64,000 nt of DNA. It comes from Eledone cirrhosa. Its lineage: Eukaryota. Positions within the stretch are counted from its first letter, which is position 1. Each line of letters opens with the position of its first letter. The DNA lies in NCBI GenBank assembly GCA_964016885.1, contig OZ024743.1:340752001-340816000 (forward strand), written 5' to 3'. The position numbers were made by a program, and so were the translations under genes. Below are positions 28,646 to 42,869 of this stretch, one piece after another. The notes below the pieces were generated by a model. It ran no database searches. It saw only the letters and a program-made list of their open reading frames with translations, and was not told the DNA's origin.

Positions 28646-29394
28646 GAAAGATTTGAATGGATACAGTTTAGTTGAAAGGAATTTATTGACACGTGTTTCT
28701 ATAACAGCTGCTATCTACAAACTTTTAGTTATGCAGACATTCAATATTTCAATGTTATTATTTACTGTCATTTCATCAGAATAATATTACTGAGGACCTA
28801 TTTAGTTTTTATAGAGAATATTAGGAGGGAGGGGTGAAGTTGTTAGAAGAATAGTTGAAGGAGTGGTTTTTCTCACCATGGAGTGCAATGCGGAATTAGT
28901 GTAGGTTTACCCGGGTGAGCACTCGATGTTTAGGTTAACGTCGGTATCGAGGTGTAGAGCTAGATATAGCATAATAAAACATATATTTATACATGTTTCA
29001 TTTTATGTTTGCAATTTTAAAAACAAAGCTGAACAGAGTGTAGAAAGTTGTAAATATTGTGAGAATGACACAATAGTTGATGTAAATCCTGCCACGACTA
29101 GAGTCAAGGCCGATAACTACTTGATCATGACACAATTAGTGGTCAAACGGATCGTGATGTTGGCAGTAGTAATGTATGTATATGATCATGATGGTGGCAG
29201 TAATCCTTATAGCTATGGTCACAAGGGTGGTGGTGAAAGGAAAGATGAAGGTGCTATGAGGTTAAATGAACAAAAACTAAATAAACCAACAATATAATGA
29301 ACAAAAACATACGGAAAAGACAATGAGAATAATGTAACAATCACAAGGGGGAGGGAAAGAAGTAAAATGATGAGGAGGAGGAGGAAGAGGAGGA

Positions 29395-29446
29395 GGAGAA
29401 GAAGAAGAAGAAGAAGAAGAAGAAGAAGAAGAAGAAGAAGAAGAAG

Positions 29447-29476
<30 letters not shown>
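29395..29476. repeat. (GAA)n microsatellite
   Basis: Seen directly. Confidence 0.95.
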
Positions 29477-29477
<1 letters not shown>

Positions 29478-29724
29478 GAAAGGATGTGAGAGAATTATTT
29501 GAAATATGATTGCTATAAACGAAGCAGAAGACAACAACAACTATAGTAGAGATGAAAGGTAAAATGTTAGTGATGAAAAGAAAGATGATGCTGCTGATGT
29601 GTGATGCAAATGTAGAAATAGGTAAACGAGGTGCAGCAGTGGGAAATGAAACTAACGAACAAATGAGATTGAATCAAGAAAAGCGACAACAGTAATCACA
29701 AATACAGAGCGATGAACGAGGAGT

Positions 29725-29912
29725 AAAGTGAGGTTTTTTTACAAAATGAAAAATAACCGAGGTGTAAAGAAAAAAGATGAAATCGAAAATGCAACTGGAG
29801 TCTTATTTTTTAAAAAATATATATATTTATTTGGTTCCTTTACAGGTTTCGCAGTTCTTCTGCTTTTCAAAAGTAGAGTTGAGATGGAGGGTCTGTAGTT
29901 TTTCTCACATCT
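29725..29912 (-). mobile_element. Solo pLTR of the U3-A8 HHR family (HHR at 29837-29874, slightly mutated)
   Basis: Homologous to 23570-23778; TTGAAAA core retained. Confidence 0.8.
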
Positions 29913-30017
29913 ATATATATAATTCGAAATACATTCAAATATATTTATATATATATATCATATATATATATAGCTCCTGATTATTACTGGAATTCTATGA
30001 GAATCCAGGTTCTATAA

Positions 30018-30106
30018 TTTTTGGCGGAAGCAGGGGTGCGTGACTCTGATGATCGCCAACCAGCGTGAAACAGATTGTTAGCTTCTCTCCCTTCTTTCGC
30101 CGAAAA
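30018..30106 (+). ncRNA. Type I hammerhead ribozyme with extended stem I
   Basis: ct CTGATGA t-cgc-caacca-gcg-t GAAA ca-gat-tg TT ag; distal helix ttttggcggaag/ctttcgccgaaa. Confidence 0.7.
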
Positions 30107-30339
30107 GAAGTAAGTGACATAGTCACTACTTTAAAACTGATAACGTATGATCTTCTAAATGTTTTTAATTAAACATACGGTATATTGGCAAATATACTAT
30201 ACATACATTCATGGGATCTGTTATTTTAATAAATATTTGCTCTAGGGTTCTTATATATTTGATATATATTTATCCTTATCGAACCCTCTTTGGATTTTAG
30301 TCTTCACATATATTATTATTACTATATATATATATACAT

Positions 30340-31391
30340 TTATTAAAATAACAGATTAAAGTTTAAGCAAAGAATCGCTGCTTTCACCCTTAACGGGATC
30401 TTCTGAAACTAACAAAGTCAATCTGTAAACGCAGAAGTGGATATTTCAAAAAACGTTGCAACCGAAGGAAGACAGGAAGACGATACTTTGGTTCGTGGAA
30501 ACGTTCCCTGGCAAAGAACGGGAAAAAACGAATATAATACGTCATTAATACAATTACGCGCAAAGACAGAACCACGTTTATGGTATAAAAGAGGTCGTAG
30601 ACTAATGTTCTCTTAGGTGGTTCATAGAGACGTTTTCTGGCAATGAACGAAAAAAACGAAGATAATACGTCATATGTGGAGCGTGGAGAACAATTGCACG
30701 CAAAGACAAAACCACGTAAATGGTATAGCAGAAGTCGTAAACTAAAATTCTAACTAGGAGACCGAATGAATCTCCGCTTCAGAGTTAAGAATAAAGTAAA
30801 TAAATACAATACAGAGGTAATAGAAATTAAATAAATACATACACGCATACAAATACGTACATACACAAGCATACGCGTAAACAATTACCATAGGTATACA
30901 AAACCACGCACATATAAATATGTGTGTGTGTGTGCGCGTGTATACAAATAATTAAATAAACGTATATAAATAAATAAATACGTATATAACAAACGCACAC
31001 ACATACCTACATGTAAATACACAAATGTTCGGAGAAGTAAGTTAACCAAAACATGAAGTACACATATACACACACCCTACATACGTACGAACCTGCATAC
31101 TCAGACAGACGCAAAACTCCCGTATACACATAACCAAACCATATGTACCAGAATATATAAAATTATACGCCATAACATATACAATCAAATATACGTACGA
31201 GAAAGTATACGTACCTTCACAAAACATACAGGTAATATATACTTACCTATGCAAGGGTGAAAGCAGCGATTCTTTGCTTAAACTTTAATCTGTTATTTTA
31301 ATAAATATTTGCACTAAGGTTTTTATATATTTGATATATATTTATCCTTATCGAGCCCTCTTTGGCTTTTAGTCTTCAAATTTATTATTAT

Positions 31392-31396
<5 letters not shown>
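30340..31396 (-). mobile_element. Non-autonomous element of the CAGAAGA-HHR family (~900 bp) with inverted tail at 31253-31396; TA-rich flanks
   Basis: Homology to 41430-42730; no ORF. Confidence 0.85.
30360..30410 (-). ncRNA. Hammerhead fold with U4A core (CAGAAGA)
   Basis: Reverse complement: agttt CAGAAGA t-ccc-gttaa-ggg-t GAAA gca-gcgattctt-tgc TT aaact. Confidence 0.7.
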
Positions 31397-31450
<54 letters not shown>

Positions 31451-31573
31451 TAGGCACATGTATACATATATATATAGAGAGAGATATACATATATATATG
31501 CATACCTATATGTTTGTTTAGGGAAAAAACTTACATAAATGACAAACACCTACAAGCATCTATTCTCATTTAC

Positions 31574-31661
<88 letters not shown>

Positions 31662-31813
31662 AGCGGGAGAGCGAGAGATAGAGATAGAGAGAGAAAGAGG
31701 GAGAGAGAGCGAGAGAGATTATTTTTGGTAACATTTTATGATGAAATGATTGACTGATTTTCTAGAACTTCGTAGCCTTAAATACTGCCTATTATATCTT
31801 AAGCACTGATTTA

Positions 31814-31858
<45 letters not shown>

Positions 31859-33810
31859 AATTTCTCATGAATATTTTCTTCACAAATTCATGTGACCTCT
31901 TCAGAGGAACTACGTTGCTGCTACTGAGTTATTGACGTTTGTTGTCATTTTGTGTCGGTCTACGCATATATTCATACATGTGTAGTTCAGAGCATGTAAT
32001 GGTGGGCGTTTGTGTATATGTGTGTGAGCGTTTCTATTCCTGTGTGTGTGTACGTTCTTGAAAATAAATGGTGATAACGATAGTGTTCTTTGGGTTATAA
32101 TGTGTAATTCTAGTTATCTAGTTTGTTTCTTTCATCTTGTTCTTTCCAGTTTCTTGCTCTTCATATCGCTTGTTTGCATTCAGTTCAATTCTCGTTATAC
32201 TGTATATGTATATTTTTCACCTCCACCCCACTAGGGCTTTCTTCTAGGAATTCGCGTCGTAAATAATTTCGAGGTTCTAATAACTATAATAGAAAATATA
32301 CATTTAAGTATATCACCGTGTGTGGTATAATTGGTAGTACTTAAGATTACAATAACTACAGATCCAGTGTATCGATTCGATATACAGATTCATCAAAATA
32401 CTTTTGTTAGATGTTAAACATCATATACAGGTAAAATTGAAAGAAAATACCAATAAAGTATCTACAAGTAGAAGAAATGGGAAACAAGAAATTAGATAGA
32501 GTGTAACTAGATAATATGTAGAAAAAGAAATTGAAAAGAAGTAGATGAGAGAGACAGCCTAGAAATATAGAAATGTATGGATTATGAACCTAATAATACC
32601 GTGTTTCTTATATTGATTTGCTAGAAACACACACACTTAAACACATATATTTGAATACCCATTATACGTACACACAACTAGACATACACACAAATGCACA
32701 CATAACAACACTCCTTAGCAATATAGAACAAATCAAAATCAAAACCCCAGTTGCTATAATATGGTGTGTCTGAAGAACTGGCAGGAATTTGCGACAAAAA
32801 CATTTAAGAGAAAATTATATAAAAAAAATTAATAAATCATCGCGTATTGGGATAGACGTATTTCAGACAACCAAGGAGCCATTGCAACGTATTATCATAC
32901 AGTACAGGCAATACAATTAGTTAGAATTATATATAGAATTTCACAACTGAAAAGAGTATCTATGTAGTCTTTATTATCAGCAAAATATTAAGTAAAAATA
33001 AACACACAGAGACAGCACAAGTGAAATGAACTTCGAAACCTACCAGGAATTTATCATTGAATAATTTCTTTAATTCGAAGTAGAAGATTGATCTCTATTC
33101 CCATGGTTTATTTTCGACCTATTTAAAAGTGAAATATTTCTGATACTGAGGACAAAAAGTTCTTAAAATGTTAATGGACCTGGATTTAGGAAAGTTATTT
33201 TTCCAAACTAACAGAAAAAAGCATATAAATGGCTAAATTCGAACAGTTCTCATGTCATTAATACATGTTTGAATAAACATTTATGCACACATTTTATACA
33301 CACCCACATAATTTGTTCTGCAGCTCACAATTCCCTCTGGTTCTATTAAAGGGAGACTATAAATTGTCTCTTAGCTTGCTATAAATATCAATCGAATCTC
33401 CATCAGATCAAACCATGCCATTTTCAAATATGAAAGATACAATTTCTTCTTTTTGCAACTGTCCTCTTATATTCTTAGTTGTTTGTTGCGGGAAGATGTT
33501 ACCAAAGAAAATAGATTGATGTAACAGTACAAAAGTAGAAAGAAGAGATGATGACCTTTAACTTCTCGACCAGAAAGTTCTGAAGATTCGAGAACTCACG
33601 TAGGATATATGATCAGCTGAGGTTGTTGCAGACAATTACTCCAATGTCTTTGATATTATTAGCCTGTCCTGAGGGATTTTCCCTAAAGAAGACAATATGG
33701 TGGTTTATCTCGTTAGTTAAAGCATATAAGAATTTACTTACGCCAGATATACTATGTTGGGAGAAAGGTTCTGGCTTGTGTAAAATTTCATATATATATT
33801 TATATATATA

Positions 33811-33848
<38 letters not shown>

Positions 33849-33879
33849 AATATACACACATATATATATATATATCTAT

Positions 33880-34503
33880 CTAAGGCGGGTAAAATTCCCG
33901 AGATCCATGAACGAGTTCTCTCCAGCGGTCTCTGTCCCTCATTATCGCTGCCATGTCCTGCATCTCCACCAGACCAGTGTCTGTCCTTAGGGCATCAACA
34001 TACGTTAACCTTGGTCTTCCTCTTCTAGTGTGTCCATGTAGGGGCTCCCACAGGAGCACTGAGTGCAATGTCAACTCTGGATGTCGGTGAGCATGTCCAG
34101 CTAACCTCAGTCTCCTCTGTGTCACTTTTGAGCTGACTTTTGGGATGCTCCCATACAGCTCTGAGTTTTTCATCCTCAGTGTATACTGATTAATCTTCAG
34201 AGCCATCCTCAGCATTCTCGTGTAGCACCCATCCACCATCTGAGTGAATTTCCTGGTCAGTGTCCAAGTCTCAGAACGGCTTCAGAGAGGGAAGATCAAC
34301 CACCAGTCACATCCTGATGCTGAGGAGGATATTAGAGGGAGCTAGAGCAAAGTGCCTTCCTGCTGTCATGGTTTTCATTGACTTTAGGAAGGCCTTTGAT
34401 TCTGTGGACCGTTACTGCCTGATGAAGATCTTACAGGCTTATGGAATCCCCAAGAAGATAGTGCACCTGATATCACTGCTCTACACCAACACCAAAGCCC
34501 AAG

Positions 34504-34506
<3 letters not shown>
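33880..34506 (-). mobile_element. RTE-clade LINE 3' end with 5' inversion (34266-34506 on + strand)
   Basis: Minus strand: RT C-terminus RRLRLAGHAHR...GRPRLTY; plus strand: QNGFREGRST...FIDFRKAFDSV; (TA)n both sides. Confidence 0.9.
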
Positions 34507-34538
<32 letters not shown>

Positions 34539-34774
34539 AGGTCACCAGTTGGTGCTACTGGTAACATGTATCCCAGTACAACCTGTCTTGGGAAACTATG
34601 AGTGGCTATGAAGGTGTACGCCAGTTTGCTATCTATTACTATATAGTACATACATGCATGCATACATACACATACCTGCACACACACACATAGATACACA
34701 TACATACATTCATACATACATAGAGAGAGAGGGTGAAAGACGGAGAGTGAGAGAGAGAGAGAGAAAGAGAGAGT

Positions 34775-34878
<104 letters not shown>

Positions 34879-35783
34879 CACATTTTTCACGATTATGATC
34901 GGGCAAATCGAAAAGTTTTTCTGTCAAACATGTTATGCACAATCCGTACGTTTTGTATATTACAAGAAATAAATTCACCATGGTTATAGAAGAGAAGAAT
35001 ACTGCGACGTGCATCGATCCTAACCCCAAACCTATAGTTAGAATGTCCCATAAAAACACCAAATTCAAAAACCTCCTCATGAACACAAAACCAAGACTGG
35101 TATAACACACATGGTACTGCAAATGGTTAATGTGATTTATTAATTTCAATGTTAACATGACTGATGTGTGCTTCATTTTCAAAAATGTTCCATCGGCCAC
35201 ACAAGCACAATAATTTCTCGTCGGTTAACCATGCACTTACAACAAAGAAACATAGCAATATATAATATAGTACATGTAACAAAATTAGATTGGACTGCAT
35301 TAATTGATAACGTATTGATAAATTAATTGATAAAGTACCAGTAATGTACTGGGTAATTACTGGCCTTGTGCCAAAAGTAGAAACAATTAATTGATAACGT
35401 ATTCTATAACAGAATTCCAGACAAAACCAGGAGATATACTATCGAGTGTTTGGTAATACCAAAATATAAAACAAATATTACCAATCAGATATAGCACACT
35501 TAAAACCAATTAAAATTGCCATACTTCAACCGCTGAACAAATTTAAACCAGGCATTCATGATTTCGTAACTGGTCCATAATCCTTTACAACAATTGCTAA
35601 GCACGCGAACATCAAGCCATTAGTAGTTCTGAAGATGAGGCTTTGAAGACCTCCAAACGTTAATACACACAAGCATTTAGGAAAGATAGTGTTCCGAACG
35701 AGGCATATGAGGATATATGAAACAATCCTAATAAAAATGATCACTCTAGAGCACAGTCGTGTTGAATATAACACACACACGCG

Positions 35784-35894
<111 letters not shown>

Positions 35895-36409
35895 GCACAC
35901 ACGCACACACACAGAGTTGTAGTTTTTATGACACAACAAAAATAGTATTCTTTGCAATATCATATAATACATTTCATGACAAAAGAAACTTATGTTTGTG
36001 TTTATTTCATTTTCAAATATTAGCAACCTCAGTATCTTTTCTTTGTTTTTTTTTTGTTTTTATATAGCGTTGAATACTAGAATAGTTGTTGGCAACGATA
36101 TTGTTTAAACAGACTGAATAATAAATAAATGCACGAAATATTCGTATCTTGTTGTCGGTTGCCAGATATATGCTTTTAATAAAATGAAATATTACTACAT
36201 ACAAGGTGGCTGCCAACTCGTTTTCGAGTACGGCCACTACTTTATATCCATGTAGGAGAACCACTACCGATGCGCTGAACGAGTGTGACTTTTTAGCCCA
36301 GCCAGCGACTTGAAAACTCTGGTACAAACACTACACTTGTGACAATTATTGACACATAGTGCTGGGCCCATGGTACCATGTGACGACAAGTGCAGAGAGA
36401 TCTCCAGAT

Positions 36410-36772
36410 ATAAAGCAATGCCTGTGCCGTGAAGCTTTTATAGTGAGCAAAGGCACTGCACAAAGCCAGTCCCACTCTCTTAACCAAGATGATATTTACC
36501 AAAAAGAAGAACAAGTCAACATCATTGGATACCATCAGAGTTGCAGGTGTTATATCAGAGTTTTCCTTCTCCTAGAATTCTGCCTTGACAAAGGCTAAGC
36601 GGTCATCTCTCCCGGTGATTTTGGATGGCCATTGACTCTTAAGAGCTCCTTTGCCCTTTGACAGGTTTTGTTTTTAGTCCTGCAGGATGTCCAAAGTCAC
36701 CCTCCTCACCAAGAAACCTTGGTGGGGTTGCTATTTTAGTCGCCAACGACCCGAACATGAGACAGGTTGTAC
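36410..36772 (-). mobile_element. Non-autonomous RTE-related/SINE-like element family C
   Basis: Homologous to 51225-51820; contains ttccttctcctaga...gccttgacaaaggct motif. Confidence 0.6.
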
Positions 36773-36809
36773 TACATACATACATACATTCATACAAACA
36801 TACACATAA

Positions 36810-36852
<43 letters not shown>

Positions 36853-36859
36853 TATAATT

Positions 36860-37050
36860 ATTTATAGCAATAATAATAAATATGAAGACTAAAATCCAAA
36901 GAGGGCTCGATAAGTATAAATATATATCAAATATATAAGAACAGTAGAGCAAATATTTATTAAAATAACATATAGAGTTTCAAAAGATCCCGGTAAGGGT
37001 GAGAGCAGCCATTATTTGCTTAAACTTTAATCTGTTATTTTAATAAATAT
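36860..37050. mobile_element. Short fold-back of the CAGAAGA family (inverted tail plus degenerate HHR at ~36976-37026)
   Basis: Homology to 42567-42730. Confidence 0.75.
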
Positions 37051-37265
37051 AATTATTTATTCCCCCCCCCCCCCCCCCCCCACATATATATATACATATA
37101 TGTACGTATATGTATGTATATACATATATGTACGTATATATGTATATGTCTATGCATATATATGTGTACATATATACCTGTGTACGTACACGCACGCAGA
37201 CACATTTATGTATATGTACATAAATATGTATAAATATATTTGTATGTATATGTAAGTATATGTAT

Positions 37266-38222
37266 ACTAGACATGAAAAATGCGCAAGCTCAAAAGTGCC
37301 ACAGAATGTTATAATAAACCTTCAAAAGTGTGGGACTAGAGTTGTTGCTAAAAAATATTGTAATCATTATATATCGTACATTCTGTGGCATCCTTTATAA
37401 AAATAGCTTAAACCAACGAAGCCTTTATTTTTACGCTATTTCACTTAGTTAATTCTTAGAGTGTAACATATAAAAATATGATTTACAACTATAAAATAAA
37501 TTAATTAATATAATAACAGAGCTGCGGAGCTGAAATTTAGGAAATAATGGAGTATCGGATCCTGAGTTGGAGCCAGTCAATTTTTGGCCGACTCCGCAGC
37601 CCTGTATAATACATTTCATATTAAAGTTATTAATAAACCTATTTTACACTTCATGCAAATTACCACGAGATATTGATATTAGATATAAGATACAGCGCAA
37701 TATCTACAGCTGTAAAAGTACGAAAGCGAAGTAATAATAAGTGGCTTAAGGTAATTCCAATATGAAAGTTTGTAGTGATAAAAATTTGATAATGCAATAC
37801 GATTGTTAATATTATAGTTCTATGAAAATGTAACAATAGATAACTAAATTATTTTACTATTAGTATATTTAAGAAATTATCATTATAGATTTGATCGTTC
37901 ATATAAGCATCATATTAAGTTTCAACACAATTATTTTGTTACTATGAGTATATGATAATAATATTACGTAATTATTTATAGGTGTTATTACATTAAACAT
38001 AGATGTATTTATTTTTATATGTTACACTCTAAGAATTAACTAAGTGAAATAGCGTAAAAATAAAGGCTTCGTTGGTTTAAGCTATTTTTATAAAGGATGC
38101 CACAGAATGTACGATATATAATGATTACAATATTTTTTAGCAACAACTCTAGTCCCACACTTTTGAAGGTTTATTATAACATTCTGTGGCACTTTTGAGC
38201 TTGCGCATTTTTCATGTCTAGT
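37266..38222. repeat. 213-bp apparently perfect inverted repeat with 531-bp spacer
   Basis: 37266-37478 equals the reverse complement of 38010-38222 by eye. Confidence 0.9.
37517..37604. mobile_element. 88-bp hAT-like MITE
   Basis: TIR CAGAGCTGCGGAG / CTCCGCAGCCCTG; 8-bp TSD tataataa/tataatac (7/8 match). Confidence 0.75.
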
Positions 38223-38779
38223 TTAATATTTTTTTAAGGCAACGCTTGTAATAACTCTAGTTAAACAGGATATATATTAATAATAAATTATCGTTGTAAT
38301 GTAATTAGATTATGTAATTGTTATTATAAATTATCTTATAAATATTAGTGTAAGATGTATAAAAATATTTTCAGACTTTTAATATAAACAACTACAAAAA
38401 ACAATCAATATTAAATCAATATATTATACATAATAGAAAACATAAAATATACAATACAAAAACAAAATATTTACATACAATTGCAATTATCAGTGTATAT
38501 ACATCTTCTTTATATTCCCTGAGCAAATTAATAAGATTTGTTTTTATTGTACATAATTTGATGACTTGTTGGAGTGTATTAAAAGATAGCAACAATTTGT
38601 GATTAAATTGTTATCTTAAGCAACTCACTTTTTAATAGTTGTTGGCTGAGCGAAATTGTAAAAGCCTATGAGCAAATATAAAAAAAAATACACAAACAAC
38701 ATTTCCTTGTGTTATTACAACATTAGATAAAATAATTGAGCAATGTCGTTATATTTTGCTCTTATTGCACATTAATAGT

Positions 38780-38945
38780 GTTTCTATTTTTCGGCACAAA
38801 TCCATTACGGCAGTCCATTACTGGTACTTTATTTTATCGAATTAGTAAGTATGAAAGTCGAAGTTAACCTCGGCAGGATTTGAACTTAGAATGCAAAGGA
38901 CCATAACAATACTGCAAAGCATGGTGTCTGACGCTCTACCAATAC
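38780..38945 (-). mobile_element. SINE family A, diverged
   Basis: Reverse complement of family A. Confidence 0.8.
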
Positions 38946-39336
38946 TTGTGTTGAGCTGGTCATTAATTTATGGTGGTCGTGCGTGGAGTAGAGCAATCGC
39001 TAGTTGAAATATTATGAACAAAACATTTTTATTTGCCGAAGAACATATTTTCAATACTGTTTGTGAATGTGACGAAGGAAATACATTCTGATATGGAACA
39101 GTGTACAAAGTGTGTCTGTGAATAACATAATGTTACCTCATGTTGTTGTCAAGACATAATGGATTTCGTATATCCAGTTAGAAGATGAAACCTAGCCATC
39201 TCGGATTAGTTATATTTCATGCCATGTGTAAACGTGTTTGAGGATAGCAAAATATGCGCGTTAATTATAATAATTAGTTAGTAATATTACAAAATATACC
39301 TAATTAAACTCTTTGCTTGAAATTTTATCATTCTTC

Positions 39337-39380
<44 letters not shown>

Positions 39381-40876
39381 GGAGAGAGATTTATCTAGTC
39401 CTTCGCTCAAGATTAATCTATAAGTTTAGATGTTTGCCTTCGTTTAAGTAAATATTACAGTAAGATTTTTAATATAAACAATTACAAAAAACAATTAATA
39501 TTAAAACGAAAAAATTATCAATGATAAAAGAAGCGGATGCAACTTTTTTTTTTATAAAGTTATATTCCTGTTTCTTTAAAGAACATTTCATTTTTGTTAT
39601 ATTGTAGGCGAAATAATGCAATGGTTTAATAGGGAAGATATAACTTACGAATTATGTCTCTAACCGTGTAACGCTTTTTAAGTAGATAACTACAATTGAA
39701 AATACTAAAGAAATGGAACCAACAATTCAATTTGAAAGTCGTCTAGTGACAGTGTATTACTGGTACTTTATTTTATCGACCCCGTAACGATGAAAGGCAA
39801 AAATGCAAATGCTTAAAATTTAAATTGCCTTAATTCTATCGTCTGCTGTTTCATTAAAGGGAGATTATCGTCTGTATTTAATTCTATCGTCTACTGTTCC
39901 ACTAAACAGATATACCTCCACTATCGTCTCTATTTATACATTTTAACTTATAACTTATACACATTTGATTTGAAATATTTTATCTAGTCCCCCCTCTCAA
40001 TATTATGATGATTTCTTTCGAATGAAACAGTTCTAGTCCTGTAGAAGCCATTTATATATATAATTGAACTGAGTTAAAAATTCACAATATTTATAATTAA
40101 ATAAGCTCATATATATATGTGTGTATTTATCTGTTTATTGTATTATATATAATGTGTGTATATACAGGATGTCCCCCAAAAATATATACACACTTCAACA
40201 GCATTCTAATAACTATTGCCTGTACAGGTAATCAAAGTGTCAATCGAATGTTAGTTTCGTGTTTTAACAGTACAAATTTACAATACACACATAAAACCAG
40301 TGTATATACATACATGAGTGTGTATACACATACATGAATGTGTATATACAATATATATGTATATATATATAGACACATATATTCACGGTGCAACGGTACA
40401 TTAAAATATAGATGCGGGAGAGGGGGGTGTATATATAGGGGCGCTGGGGATAAAGGAGTGTAAAGCGTGTGTAATTGATATATTGAAGGAGAGGAGCGTG
40501 CAGCGATAGAGTAACAAATATATAGAGAGGGGGAGAGATGGTATTGAAGGGGAGGAGTGCAAAGCGAAAGAGTAAGAGATATATATAGAGACGGAACAGA
40601 TAGAGAGAAACAGGCGTAAGTAACAGTGGAAGAGATATAGAGAGAGGTACTCTGATTGGTTGAAAATTAGCCAATGACATACGATCACCACCACCACGGC
40701 TATCCCCGAAAAATTTTTATAGAAGCTAGGCATATATGTTAGAACACGAAAAGTGAACATTCTGTTGTTTCACACTTTTCGTGTTCTAACAGATACGTAT
40801 CGAGTTATCTATCTGTCTATCAACGTATCTATATTTATATTTTATATTATATATATTATATATGAGTATTATTTGT

Positions 40877-40927
<51 letters not shown>

Positions 40928-40966
40928 ATATTAAATAAATGGAAACTATATTTATAAAACCATATT

Positions 40967-41031
40967 TATTTTATTATATATATTTCAAGGGTAACCAAGA
41001 CAACATTGGTATGCATTCATCAGATAAAATA
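40967..41031 (-). ncRNA. Type I hammerhead ribozyme
   Basis: Inverted copy of 41098-41162 with two stem II changes. Confidence 0.85.
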
Positions 41032-41097
41032 CAAAGTTTGTTTTATCGATAAGATATGATTTTCATGGGTATGTCTATATTTAAAAAACAAACTTTG

Positions 41098-41162
41098 TAT
41101 TTTATCTGATGAAAGCGTACCAATGTTGTCTTGGTTACCCTTGAAATATATATAATAAAATA
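41098..41162 (+). ncRNA. Type I hammerhead ribozyme
   Basis: tattttat CTGATGA aagcgtaccaa-tgttgtc-ttggttaccctt GAAA tatata TA ataaaata (8-bp stem I). Confidence 0.9.
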
Positions 41163-41323
41163 AATATGGTTGTATAAATATAGTTTCCATTTATTTAATA
41201 TCATTGAATATTTACTCCAGTAACCTGGTCAGTGCTCTAAATCAGTTATAAACATTTATGATTGTCAGACTTCCAACAAATTACATACCACTTCTACTTA
41301 TATATATATATATATGTTTGTGA

Positions 41324-41425
<102 letters not shown>

Positions 41426-41429
41426 TAAT

Positions 41430-42723
41430 ATATTAAAATAACAGATTAAAGTTTAAGCAAAGAATCGCTGCTTTCACCCTTAACGGGATCTTCTGAAACT
41501 AACAAAGTCAATCTGTAAACGCAGAACTGGATATTTCAAAAAACGTTGCAACCGGAGGAAGACAGGAAGACGATACTTTGGTTCGTGGTAACGTTCGCTG
41601 GCAAAGAACGGGAAAAAACGAATAATACGTCATTAATAGGAGCGGTGAAAAACAATTACGCGCAAAGACAAAACCACGTTTATGGTATAAAAGAGGTCGT
41701 AGACTAATGTTCTCTTAGGTGGTGCATGGAGACGTTCTCTGGCAATGAACGAAAAAACGAAGATAAAAAGTCATATGTGGAGCGTGGAGAACAAAAGCAC
41801 GCAAAGACAAAACCACGTAAATGGTATAGCAGAAGTCGTGGGAGTTTTGCGTCCGAGTGAGTATGCAGGTTCGTACGTATGGTGGGTGTGTGTATATGTG
41901 TACTTCTTGTTTTAGTTGACTTACGTCTCCGAACATTCGTGTATTTATATGTAGGTATGTGTGTGCGCTTGTTATATACGTATTTATTTACTTATATACG
42001 TTTATATAATTATTTATTTATTTGTACACAAGCATACACACACACACATACTTATATGTGCGTGGTTTTGTATACCTATGGTAAGGTTTTGCGTATGCTT
42101 GTGTATGTACGTATCTGTTTGCGTGTATGTATTTATTTGTTTCTACTACTTCTGTTTTGTATTTATTTACTTTGTTCTTAACTCTGTAGCGGAGATTCAT
42201 TTGGTCTCCTCGTTAGAATTTTAGTCTACGACTTCTGCTATACCATTTACGTGGTTTTGTCTTTGCGTGCTTTTGTTCTCCACGCTCCACATATGACTTA
42301 TTATCTTCGTTTTTTCGTTCATTGCCAGAGAACGTCTCCATGCACCACCTAAGAGAACATTAGTCTACGACATCTTTTATACCATAAACGTGGTTTTGTC
42401 TTTGCGCGTAATTGTTTTTCACCGCTCCTATTAATGACGTATTATTCGTTTTTTCCCGTTCTTTGCCAGCGAACGTTACCACGAACCAAAGTATCGTCTT
42501 CCTGTCTTCCTCCGGTTGCAACGTGTTTTGAAATATCCAGTTCTGCGTTTACAGATTGACTTTGTTAGTTTCAGAAGATCCCGTTAAGGGTGAAAGCAAC
42601 GATTCTTTGCTTAAACTTTAATCTGTTATTTTAATAAATATTTGCTCTACGGTTCTTATATATTTGATATATATTTTCCTTATCGAGCCCTCTTTGGATT
42701 TTAGTCTTCAATTTTATTATTAT

Positions 42724-42730
<7 letters not shown>
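41430..42730. mobile_element. Fold-back of the CAGAAGA family with ~410-bp arms; HHR folds at 41450-41500 (-) and 42567-42617 (+)
   Basis: 41430-41840 is an inverted copy of 42228-42637; (TA)n both sides. Confidence 0.9.
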
Positions 42731-42822
<92 letters not shown>

Positions 42823-42824
42823 TA

Positions 42825-42855
<31 letters not shown>

Positions 42856-42869
42856 ATATATATATGTAT

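Larger units (their letters stand above)
40923..41206. mobile_element. Fold-back element with a canonical HHR in each arm
   Basis: 40923-41044 is an inverted copy of 41085-41206. Confidence 0.9.

Noticed and set aside
33615-33790. KDIGVIVCNNLS motif as a gene
   Set aside because: Resembles a short CR1/L2 RT remnant, too small to call
34880-35760. Possible host exons on the minus strand
   Set aside because: No recognisable domain or convincing splice structure; cannot be excluded without RNA-seq
40737-40791. 19-bp hairpin as a terminator or miRNA
   Set aside because: Eukaryotic repeat context and no expression evidence; likely a small fold-back
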